Shown here: positions 50,201 through 61,446 of the stretch, in pieces
Position numbering within the stretch: position 1 is the stretch's first letter
How the letters are laid out: each line of letters begins with the position of its first letter
DNA from: Fistulifera solaris
Lineage: Eukaryota
DNA length: 64,000 nucleotides
Assembly: GCA_030295235.1 (NCBI GenBank)
Contig: AP026137.1
Location: 186,001-250,000 of the forward strand
Direction of reading: 5' to 3'
Notes under the pieces: generated by a model
The model's database searches: none
Told to the model about the DNA's origin: nothing
Seen by the model: only the letters and a program-made list of their open reading frames with translations
Made by a program: the position numbers and the translations under genes

Positions 50201-52380
50201 TCAAATTTCAAAGTCGCGTCCAAGTCCAAAAGTTGACTTGATTTTCCCTTCCCCTCGTAGATAGCTAATGTTGATCTTCAATGGAATGCCTTGCAAAGTT
50301 TTACGCAGCCCGAGGCCAATGCATGACTTGCGAATGTACGACGGCGTTGTACTTTCTTTGGCAAATAGCCAATCCCCGAACAAAACGATACTTGCATCTT
50401 GCTCCATGTTGTCGATCGGAAGACTCACAGGAACACGAATTTCCGTTGTCCCAGTAATGGCAGACGATATGCTTCCAATGTCGCCAGCACCACGGATGTT
50501 GCACGCCAAACCTTGCGCTCTTCCCTCATGTTTGGGGAGGCTTTTCGTCGATGTCACAACCGAGTGTCGCAAAGCGAGAACGATGGGTCTCGTACTCGTT
50601 TCGACGCGGATACAACAGGGAATGTTTGTCGCGTCGTGGCCGTAATGGAAGAATAGGGAACAGCGAAGTGGGTCAACGGATCTCGCTCACTGATGTTTTC
50701 TCTAGTTGGTAACTGTAATTTACCCGGAAATCTCGATCCCAACATAATCGATGCATCGAAATTTGAACGCGCCCCTCTAGGCAACGACCGAACAAAAGGA
50801 CCGACTCCTAACGATGTACTGGCTATGCTTTCCTCGGACCCTTCCGCCGTCGTGACGTGCTCGACGGACGCAGTTGCGACACTATTGAGCATGAGTTTAC
50901 GATCGATAGGATTTCGCAAGCGAAATGTAGCACCACTTCTATGATCCAGTAGCGGGCCTCGTGTGTTCTTTTTGGCTTCAACGAATGGTGCCGACTCTTC
51001 GTTTAACAAAGTTTCTTGAGCATCTGGAGGCTTTGAACTGGTCTTATCGACATTCACCTCTTTTTCACCAATGTAATCACTAAACAACTCAACATCATAG
51101 CCGCCTTCCAAACCAAATCGATCATCACTGAATCGCAAGCGTCCACTGGGACCTTTGGTACCTCTTCGCAAGGTAAAGCCGAGTGATTCACCTCCACCCA
51201 ACAAGTTCGCATGTTCAAAATCCAACTCCCCTTCCCAATCGCCGGTATAAAGTGACTTGGACAATCCGTATTCCAAATGGCGCGGCGGTGCTTCATGGAC
51301 CAGCATTTGCAATTGAACTGTGCCATTATCGACCGTTTTCGGTGCCGCCTGCAGTACTCTTTTGAAAATTCCACTACCTACAATCTTCTTCCAGCGACTT
51401 TCGTTCCAACGAAAGTGTTCTCCGGGTGCCAATCCCAAGGCGGCTGCAATACGACGGGGCCGCGTCCGGCCCACCGGTGTCGGCACGTAGGTCCAATTCA
51501 AGTCTTTTCGTGCTACTTCAGCATTGAAACCAAACGTCCGTCGCTGGGTGTGTTTGTCGGCGTACTGCCGAAACGTCACCAGATCACCCGTCTCCGGGTC
51601 GATGACCATTTCTTTGCAAAAGACGATGCGCACGGGTTCATCCGCGGTGGTGGGTTCTTGGACCCGAATTTCGGCCGTCCCCGTCTCGGGAACCAAGGTG
51701 GCTCCCGTGACACTGTGCAGTACGTAACCTTGTCGCGCATACCAGCGTTGAATGGAACGAGCAAATTCTTGGACTCGATCGATGCCCAAGGGTTGCCCCA
51801 ATAGTCCCGATCGTCGGGCGGCGATATGGACTACCGTACTAGGTAAGACAGTGGTATCAGGTGTAATCACGACCTGCTTCACCGGTGTCGTGAGTATGGT
51901 TTGCATCATTTCGTCTTGGGCTTTTTGTTGCGGGCTGCGGAATTTGCGACGTATCGCTTGATTGACTTTTTGGAAAGGTTTCGCGATAGTCGATTTGGTA
52001 GATGCGAAAAAATTATTCCAGTATTGAGCTGCAGACGCCAAGGAGTATGTTTTGTTTGTTGCTCTCGCTTTTTCGGGGCGACTTGTGCTGGCGATAAGGC
52101 GTTCCGAGGAAGGCGATGATGGATGCAAAGACGTCCGTCCCGCGCCGTTTTCGACACTCAGAACAATTTGCTCATCGGGTACCTCTTCGTGGCTCATCCA
52201 ACTGAGTGAAGCTGAAGGCAAATTTGCGTCATCGCCTTCTCCTGCTCTAGCGGATCGAGGAAAGTTGCCGTTATTATAACCTCCGCCGTTGTTGTGTGAG
52301 CGTGGAGGAAGAACAAAGCCGTTTGAGACGACAAGGCGCTGCCATGCGACCAATAAAACAAACCAACACACCACTCTCAT
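50201..52380 (-). CDS. Omp85/BamA-family (Toc75/OEP80-like) POTRA + beta-barrel protein with bipartite plastid leader
   Basis: Signal + SNG-F; POTRA-like IQRWYARQGY and SGIF..V...V.E; EHANLLGGGE; final beta strands CIGLGLR...STFGLGRDFEI after a frameshift near 50600. Confidence 0.75.
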
Positions 52381-52667
52381 TGTATTAAACAAAGAGATCC
52401 ACTTATACTGTAGGAGATAAATGGAAGAAGTATAGTAACTCGAAAGATATTGCGGTTGATGTTTTATCGCGCAGTGTCAATCGTCAATCGGTTCACTAAA
52501 AATCGTATCGGTATAATGTGTGATATTGTAGTAGACTCGCTACGACATCAAAACAACAACGTCTGTCCGCGGTCCGTCAGCAGCAGCGAGCGCAGCCACA
52601 ACAGATTTTTACACAAAACACCGTTATTGCCGATAATAATTGCTATTCTCATCTATAAACAAACAAA

Positions 52668-53514
52668 ATGCGAGTTTCAAAGCGTTCTATCTCTTCTCTG
52701 AGTCCCCAAAGTCATGAAGAATCGTCGTGCAAGCGGCAGCGAACGAAAAGCCCCGAGAAATTGTGCTTGGCGGCAGACCAGTCGCCCGTAGCCCCGAGTC
52801 AAAATCTAGATCTTTTGGTTGATTCTGGCGATTCCTTCGCGACCCTAGTGGAACCTGGTGACCTTTCTGAGTGTCCTCCGTCCTTGGTTGAGGAAACGAA
52901 TGAAGCACGCCCGTCGAGCAAGAAGCCGATGTCGATCCTGCGTATGAAGCATCGTTATGCTGTGCACCCGGAAGCACCGCTGGTTTCCGTCCTGCCTTTC
53001 TCGACTGTTGTTGCGTCCTCCGACGCAGACACGACGAAGCCTTTCTTGTTCTCCTTCTCGCGGTGTCAGCTTCGCACCACAGATTGTGACGGGCGTGAAG
53101 GAGAGCCCCAATCGCTTCTCATTGACGAAGGAGGAGAAGAACAGCATGTACTGCGACGTACGCACATTGAACGTGGAGGGTGATAAGCGGTTTGTGGAAC
53201 GTGAGTTTGAGTGCAGCCGGTTCTGTTTGGATAATGTGGTGGAGGAAGATGAATTCTTTCGCACTCATCGAGGAGATTTGACCCATCCAGCACAGTTGCT
53301 TACATGTTTAACGTTTTTGGACATCTTCCCGTTGACGCTCCCATAACCGGTTATTGCTCACGCGAGGAATACTTGGCTTATATGAAAAAGTACACGGCTG
53401 ATTGGCACAGTGCTATTGCTGAGGGCCGCTTTCACCCCGACAGGGCCGAAAGCCATCCAAGCTGTGGAAGCGAAGCGTCTCCGTCGTCGCCTTCGTCGTG
53501 CAGCCAAATCGTAA
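52668..53514 (+). CDS. Diatom hypothetical protein, copy B (frameshifted), with RGVSF motif
   Basis: Inverted paralog of 47365..48204. Confidence 0.7.
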
Positions 53515-54486
53515 GAGTCGCGCATGTTCGGAACCGACTTCGTCTTTCACACCCTACTTGGGCGGCGGGTCCCTGGTGTTTGGTTCAGCCGGGCATTGCG
53601 ATTGCAACCGCTGCAATTTTGCTTTAGCTTTAAACATCCACATCCACATCCAAGGTTGTTTGCAGAGATATCCAAAGGCTAATCGTTTGTTCTGTGTTCT
53701 TTTGTCCTTTGATTTACGCTCTCTTTTCGTCCGCTTCGTTCATCAGCACAAGCAAAATGCTTTGCTGAATGAAGATATTTGAATGGAGTTGCGTTGCATC
53801 CATCTCATTCTCGCCATACTAATAAATTTTAAGAGTGTTAGATTCGTTTTTCGTAAACATTTTACTTGATCAGTTTGTAGTATTAATTTACGTTATTAAT
53901 ACGTGACCAGATAAAAACGGCGAGATGGGGTAGATGATCTCTGCCGAGCCGCAGCATCTTGTTCCCCGTCTCTCCTAAAAACACACAGCTAGCAGGATGG
54001 CGCTCCCTTCGATTTCCATACGTTTTCTTTATTCAAACAGTCAACAATTTATTAGCTAGATCTCAGGATTAGCTGTAGCAACTTCACACGGCGAAGCATC
54101 ATATCAATCATCGAGTCGGTCGACGATGATGCGGTGCTGCTAAGGTTTAGCTGCTTAACAACAACTATGGTGAATCAAGCGTCGCAACCATCTAGAAAGC
54201 ACCAGAATTCAACACAAGAATGATTTGTTGCTTCATTTACACTAAAAAGAGAACCTGAAGACTTCAAATGCGCTTTAAATTGGTCTCAATGTTGGTATTT
54301 TGCGGGGGCAATGAAAAATACAGCTGCCGTACAGTACGATACAGAGTGTATTGTACATACAATTTCTACGTCTTTCCTGGTACGCTTTGCTACAGAAGAT
54401 ACAAGCGTATCGCTCCCGTATAACTTTGTACCGCAGCAAGCCGCATTACCCGCATAATTTTTGCTTTGCGAACCAAAAATCACACA

Positions 54487-56117
54487 ATGGTGTCTTCTTG
54501 CACTCAAAACAACGTTCTATCCTCTGATATGCTTTCGCATACTCACTTATCAACTCCTAATCGTCCTGGAAACCGCGGAGTGGCGCAGACTGTCGCGCAT
54601 CGCACTCCGCAGATGATTAAAACTCCAGTCCCTCGCATGCGTTCAACTGCTCATCATCATCGCTGTTTTTTTTACGCCGCAGAGTGCTCCTCGTGGCGAT
54701 CTGGATCGTTTCATTCCGTCTCGCCGCATGAATATGGAATTGTGTCGCCGAAAGCTGAATTCTGCGTCCAAGTCGTGTGAATCGTCCAGTGTTGCTTGCG
54801 CCGGTCCTCCTTCCGCAGCTCGTTCGACGAAACTCGCGTACGAGAAGCAATTGTTGAGCACGCTTGTGCAATGTATCGACGAGCGATCTTGACGATGAGC
54901 TTCAATTGAAGTCTCTTTTGAAGTACGGCTCTGTTTCTCCTTCCACGACAAGTAATCGCCGTCCTATCGTTGCTGCGGACCCTTTCAGCGATGGACTTCT
55001 TGCGTCCTTCCCGACCTTGACGGCTGAAAAGGTCATTGTAAACGCTGCTCGTGTCCTCAAATCCCGTCCTGAAGTCATTCTCGATGTACCGGGTATTGTA
55101 AATGATTACTATACGCATCCACTCAGCTGGAGTAAAGACAATTTGCTGGCTGTGGCTCTGGGATCATCTGTGTACGTCATGAACGAGTCTACTCGTACGT
55201 TCATGAGATTGGGGGCGCTGGTATTACACCCCTTGACGAAAACGAGACCTCGAATTACGTTCGATCTGTCAAGTGGTGCACAATGGACGGTATGACGCAC
55301 CTGCTGGCAGTAGGAACGAAGTTCAGGCTTTGTTCGCGTGTACGACACCATCAGCAACAAAGAAGTTGTTTGCACCTCCTTGACCTCGGCAAGAAGCCCA
55401 GTGCGCGCACTTTGCTGGAACGATTCGCGAAATTGGTTGACGGCTGGATGCGCGAACAGTGAGATTGCGAATCTCGACTTGGCGTTCTCGGTCTGTCACA
55501 GGGATGACCGTGTCTGGATCAGCGTCATCGTCAGGTGTGTTGTCAGTCTGCAACCTGGCCTGGAATGCAGAAGGAACGTGCCTTGCAAGAGGTCGAAATG
55601 ATAACGCAGTTCATCTTTGGGATCCTTCCATGATCAACAATGCCGGACCTCGACTTGTACTGGAATCGCACGCGGCTGTCAAGGGACTGGCGTGGTGTCC
55701 TTATCGGCGATATGCTCGCGACTGGCGGCGGAACTGCCGATGGCTGCATCAAGCTGTGGAGTGCTACTTCCGGGAATATGTTGAAGAGCGTTTAGACCAA
55801 TAGTCAAGTTTCTTCTTTGGTTTGGGGCCGGCATCATCAGGAGTTGTATTCCAGCCATGGCTTTTCAACCTCTAGTCCAAGCAACGTGGTCGCTATGCGG
55901 AGTTACCCGAAGATGGAGCCGATTCAGAGTTTGTCTACGCACAAAGGCCGCATCTTGACAATGGATATGAGCCCCGATGGTTGCAAGCTCGCTTCCATGG
56001 GTTCGGATGAGATGTTGTGTATCTGGAAAGTTGATGCGTCTCCAGATCGATCTCGCCACGGTGCTTGTGGTGTTTACACTTCTCCATCGCTTTGGATCTT
56101 GTTTCGTCATCCGTTAA
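54487..56117 (+). CDS. CDC20: CDC20/Fizzy-family APC/C activator, copy B (several indels)
   Basis: DRFIPSR C-box, LDVPGIVNDYY..LSWSKDNLLAVALG, AVKGLAWCP, HKGRIL..SPDG, terminal FVIR-stop. Confidence 0.88.
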
Positions 56118-56651
56118 ATGTGAATTCGAGTTGCCTGGGTTCGTTTTGTCCTTTTGTCTTGCGCACTAGTGTTTTTTCGCCGAAAGAATTCTGAGAATGT
56201 AGTCGTTTTCTGTTTATGTTTTTTCTTTGTTGTTACGTAACTTCTATTTTATGATAATTGAATATTGCTTGAAATCTTATGGCCATGTTTACGTAGTTTT
56301 ATATAAAAAATAGAAAACCACTCGATAGTGATTTTTGCTGTAAGCGGGCGTAGTCCTTCATACTCTCAATTTATAACACTGGTCTATATTATTTGGTGTA
56401 GATCGGAGTTATTGCGGTCGTTATAGCGAAGATCAGAATGATTGCTCGAATTGGGGTTGCAATCGATACTTGATCATCTGTCGACAAAATTCTCCTTCTT
56501 TTCGCTCCAGATGCATTTACTGGAGAGCACTATGCACCAACTCGGTCACCCTAGATACAATGCCATTTGATATGAAGCCATATTCGTCTTTTCCCATTAG
56601 CGACTAATCAATAAATTAATACCTAATATGAGCTTATAATATTATCGCCAT

Positions 56652-59536
56652 CTAATATTTACCAGGGGGGAAGCCGGAACACGTTGCCAGATGTTCCACC
56701 TTCTGCCCAGCTGATGTGAAGCTCACTTTTACCTTTAGCACAACGTTCTTGGTTCCCAGCATATTGTTCGTTACTTTTATCTTTTGACTTACCACCCTTG
56801 AGCCTGGTGGGACGGTTGTAGACGAAGGAGGTTCCATTTCCATCTGAATGTACTTCGGAACGGCTACTTGCAAACTCATTCCTACCAGAGGTCCAGGTGT
56901 TGTGTTTTGAAAATGCGCGATCAAGGTTGACTTCTGCGGTGCCATGGCTTCGGGTTTCAGGCATTCAAACTCTAAAGTAAGACCTCCATGCGAAAATCCC
57001 GGAACTCGTACGCTATTCGACACTGGCGTCGGGGCACCAAAGAGATCTTGTGAACTAGTTGCCGGCTGAGCAGGAGCCATAGAGCCACCGAAAATGTCTA
57101 AGGGGGATGATGCCGGCATGGCAGTGGAAGGTGGCGCACCGAACAAATCCATGGGATTGCTGGGAGCGGGCATAGTTTGTGATACAACAGGAGGGGCACC
57201 GAATAGATCCATAGGATTGACCACGGGCGCGGCAGAGATTGGTGCCGCAGGGGCTGCGAAGATATCTGAAAGTAGGTCAAGATCGCTCGGACCAGCCGCG
57301 GGAGCGCTGGTAGGTCCATTCGACACGGTTTCTCCGCCTCCAAATAAATCAAGTAAGTCGCCTCCACTACTTGGTGCAGGAGCAGAAGCCACAGTTCTAC
57401 GCACGGGAATAGAATCATCTCCGTTCGCAAACTCATCAGCAGATAGACGTTTCTGCAGGATTTTTATATCAACCACAGGCATTCGAGCTAGAGCTTCTTT
57501 CGCAGCAGCAACAACGCCTTCGCTAACACCTTCACCAACGCTACTTTCTGCTGTTACCCCAAACAAATCAGCATCAGTGCTGGCCTTTGGTTGACTGAGT
57601 CGTGGAAGTTTTTGGCCCTTCGTTGCGTGGAGCAACGCATTGTATTCGCACGAGCGGACCTGTACCTCCAGACTTCGACTGGTTTGATCTTTTGTAGCAG
57701 CTTCTGTAATCGCTCCGACGCCATTGGATCGTGCGAAAGCCTTTGACTTAACTTGACATAGGCTGTCAACACTCGTTGCTTCACAAAATCCGGGCATGCG
57801 TGGCGTTTCGTTAGCTGCTCTACGGCCTTGACAATTTCCATGGGCTCCATTGCCTGAAATGTAATTGGTTGCTGGTCGCCATCGGCGGGGACATATTGAT
57901 AGGGCTGCATCAAAAGTTCTCCGTACTCTCCGATGCACCACACACCGACCGACAACAAGCCATGCTGGGAACCGTCATCATCCCGAAGTGCTTTGCAAAG
58001 CTTGTGTACAGCAAATGCATGAATATCCGCAGACGCTCGAGAAATGTACACTACAGTTGCCGATTGAACGTTGCGAGATGCCTCACGGCCAGCAATCGTC
58101 AACGTTGTGATCAATGTATCCACGCGCCACTGATCCGAGGGACTGTAACGATCTACGACCTTTAGAATACGAGCACAGATGTCACCACGATGCTCCGTGG
58201 GACAAAGCACCAGATAGTTCAACAATTCTGCTGTCAATGACTCTACATTGGACTCATTCACAAGATGGTAAATGAGTTCTAGAGCACGTTGCCGAATGCT
58301 GACATCCGGATCTTTCAAGCAATCCACAACAGTCGTGCGATGGCGCTGCAAAGCAGACATGGCGTTATTGGTCGATTCTCCGAGTCCACTGTTCAATTCG
58401 TGCTGCTTCTGTTCCGCGATGCACCGAGAAAGAGTGTTCAACGCCACATACCGAATGTTATTATCCCGATTTAACAAGAATCGTCCAAGAATATTGACGG
58501 CTAGCACCCGGAGACCATCCTCACAGGGAATCGCCATGATCGTCTGTACGCACTCGTACAAGATAGCGTTTCCAGCATTCTTGGCCGAATCTGTGTTACT
58601 GGCGACCTGCGCGAGCACATCGTTCATTTCTTCCGTCGCTTGCTCGTTATTGGATCCCAACATGCGCAACAAAGTCAATAACTGGACCTGCAAGAAGGGA
58701 TCTGAGATGCCCCCGACGTCATGATCCGCGGAATATCCCGACGTTTGCAAGTTGCGGAGCATCTTGACCAGTGTTGGGACCAAACGCAGGAATGCCGTTC
58801 GACACGGCGTCTCTTCGTCCGGCGAAAGACCCTCCTCGATCGCATTGCGCGTATCAATTACGAGAACTTGCGTCATGAGTTGCACGACCGTAATCAATAC
58901 ACCGTGACTCTTGTCTTTGAGAAGTGACACGACGCGGTCGACGAAATCTTCCACCAACTCGGGGCACTTGCTCAAGCAACGACCCATGGCCAAACAGGCC
59001 TTCTTTCGTAGATACGCCAAAGGTGATTTGAGGTGTTTGTCGACTTCCGGTGCCAAGTCTCGCGACATGTCGGCCGTAGCAAGGTTTCCGATGGCACAGA
59101 GAGACAATCCCGCCACAAACTTGTTGTCCGAATTCAAATCATTTTTCAACGCGTTTGTCGAGAGCATGAGGACATCCGCATCTTCGGTCAACAAGAGCAT
59201 CATCCCGAGATAACCAATACGCTTTTCGGGGGAAATGCGGTGAAGCGGTAAGTTTCATACATTCCAGCTGACCGAAATGCGTTGGGTATCCTAGAGAGAA
59301 AAGGTGCAACAGGAATGAGAGGAGTGGCTTTTTCAATCAATAACAACGTCTTGCAACAACATACCGAGCATATGAATGAAAAGCAATTTGGCAACATTAC
59401 GATGACGATAGTGTGCTTGCTCTTCTTTAATGGCCGTTCGAATCATAGCGGACTCCTTGGCAATCACCGCACGCTCTTCCGCGGCCGTTTTGCAAGCGCG
59501 AACCTTGCGAATCAAATCTCGCAATCGCATCGACAT
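56652..59536 (-). CDS. AP1G1: AP-1 complex gamma adaptin
   Basis: [19 protein letters not shown]; intron 59364..59291; [49 protein letters not shown] hinge motifs; gamma-ear LQVAVPK. A few indels. Confidence 0.95.
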
Positions 59537-60082
59537 GTTGACGAGGGTGTCTCTTTCACTACAATTTTAATGCGACAAAATGACGTGACTACAAATTCGG
59601 TTCTTTTGCTGCTGCAAGGAATGCAGCACGACTTGCGCCTCCGATAACAGCAAGTATGATTGCAAATAATAATAAAAAAACGCTTGCGGTGCGGACGCAA
59701 CAACGCAACAGGCCATCGTCGCGTGGCTCGTTCTCGGCACTCGGCATTCGTTCGCTGCGACCGTTGCGGTCGGCGGTCATTGCGTGACTCACTCTATCTT
59801 AGGAAGTACTTTTCCATAAAAGGACCATAGTTCGGGTACCAGTGCGGTGATTATTTAGAAGATCGTGTAACTGTGCGACTAGATGCGTCATCAGCTTTCG
59901 TCGGTCATGTGTCCGTCATCGATACGCCCGTCGTCCGTCTCCAAGATCGGATGATGTTTTTTCTTTTTCATGAAAATGCGACGAGATGATGTTGTGATGT
60001 TGATGATTTGCTATAGTTTTTACGACTTGCTTTCTTTCAACTCTAATATTTTAATGCTTTCATCTCTTCTGTTTTAGATAGA

Positions 60083-61354
60083 ATGACAACACACGGGAAA
60101 GTGAACGTATTAATGGTCGGTACGGGCGAGTACACAACCGGATACGTCGGAGGTAAGGCCGCCGACAGTGACAAAGGCGCCGGAGTGGTCGCTTTGACCA
60201 TGTTCGATATGCGCCGCCGCCAAAAAGTAGACCGTCTCGGTATGTGCGGTGTCAATGGAACAAAGTTTCCGGGTATTCGTCAACATATGCAACGCTGTAT
60301 TGGAGATGTCTATCAGGGAATGGGTGATTTGGCCTGTGACACCTTTCCTCGCGACGATGAAATTGCCCCGGAAGCATACAAAACAGCCGTGGCTTCGTTT
60401 CGAGCCGGAGATGTCGCGATCATCTTTACTCCCGATGATACTCATTACGATATCGCCATGGAGTGCATTCAACACGGCATGCATGTCATGGTGACGAAAC
60501 CGATCGTGCAGAATCTACAACACCACCACGCTCTCTGCGAGGCGGCGAAAGCCAAGAACGTCTTGGTGGCGGTCGAAGTTCACAAACGCTTGGATCCTTT
60601 CTACGCAGATGCCCGTGATCGAGCTCGAACATCGCTGGGAGATTTCCAGTACATGTACGCGTACATGTCTCAGCCGAAACATCAACTGGAAACGTTCAAA
60701 GCCTGGGCGGGAAAATCGTCAGACATTTCGTATTATCTTAACTCTCATCACATTGATTGGTCCGAGTGGACTTTGGCCGGTATGGCACGTCCCGTTCGGG
60801 TCACGGCTACCGCTTCTACGGGGATTGCCCACTCGAAAGGAATGCCCACGGAAGATTCGATCACATTGACGGTGCAGTGGGAAAATCGGCAGAGCGGCGC
60901 GCTCGGTTGTGCGGTCTATACATCCTCGTGGGTGGCCCCGAAAAGTGATGTTCACTCGCAACAGCGCTTCTTTTATATGGGATCCAAAGGCGAGATCAAT
61001 GTGGATCAGGCACATCGTGGGTGTACCGTGTCGACCGATGAGGGTGGTTTTGCATCAGTGAATCCTCTCTTCATGAAGTATACGCCCACGAACGGAATGT
61101 TTTCGGGGCAATCGAGCTACGGAGTCAAAAGCTTTGAAAACTTTATCGATGCTTGCGCTGCTATTAATGCAGGAAAGGCACATCCATCAGATTTTGATGA
61201 TGGTTCTCTCGCCACTGTACACACGACATTGCAGGGTACTGCTATACTAGAGGCAGGTCGAAAGAGTCTTGACAGCGATGGAAGACCGATGGACATTCTG
61301 TATGACAATGATGGTTTGGATCCTATTTCGATTAAACCTCACGAGTTTAGTTGA
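60083..61354 (+). CDS. Gfo/Idh/MocA oxidoreductase, GaaA-type D-galacturonate reductase
   Basis: [60 protein letters not shown] match fungal GaaA as I recall it. Confidence 0.85.
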   Translation: MTTHGKVNVLMVGTGEYTTGYVGGKAADSDKGAGVVALTMFDMRRRQKVDRLGMCGVNGTKFPGIRQHMQRCIGDVYQGMGDLACDTFPRDDEIAPEAYKTAVASFRAGDVAIIFTPDDTHYDIAMECIQHGMHVMVTKPIVQNLQHHHALCEAAKAKNVLVAVEVHKRLDPFYADARDRARTSLGDFQYMYAYMSQPKHQLETFKAWAGKSSDISYYLNSHHIDWSEWTLAGMARPVRVTATASTGIAHSKGMPTEDSITLTVQWENRQSGALGCAVYTSSWVAPKSDVHSQQRFFYMGSKGEINVDQAHRGCTVSTDEGGFASVNPLFMKYTPTNGMFSGQSSYGVKSFENFIDACAAINAGKAHPSDFDDGSLATVHTTLQGTAILEAGRKSLDSDGRPMDILYDNDGLDPISIKPHEFS

Positions 61355-61446
61355 ATGATTCACAGATTATATTACGACGGATTAGTTAAAAAGGTGTGAA
61401 AATTAAGTAATCACACGGTTTTACAACATTAGTTCATAATTCGCCT

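Larger units (their letters stand above)
43021..56117. repeat. Inverted segmental duplication: arm A ~43020-48390, arm B ~52500-56120
   Basis: CDC20, the intergenic stretch and a hypothetical gene recur in reverse complement (e.g. AAAAACGAATCTAACACTCTTAAA near 47000 vs TTTAAGAGTGTTAGATTCGTTTTT near 53830). Confidence 0.9.
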
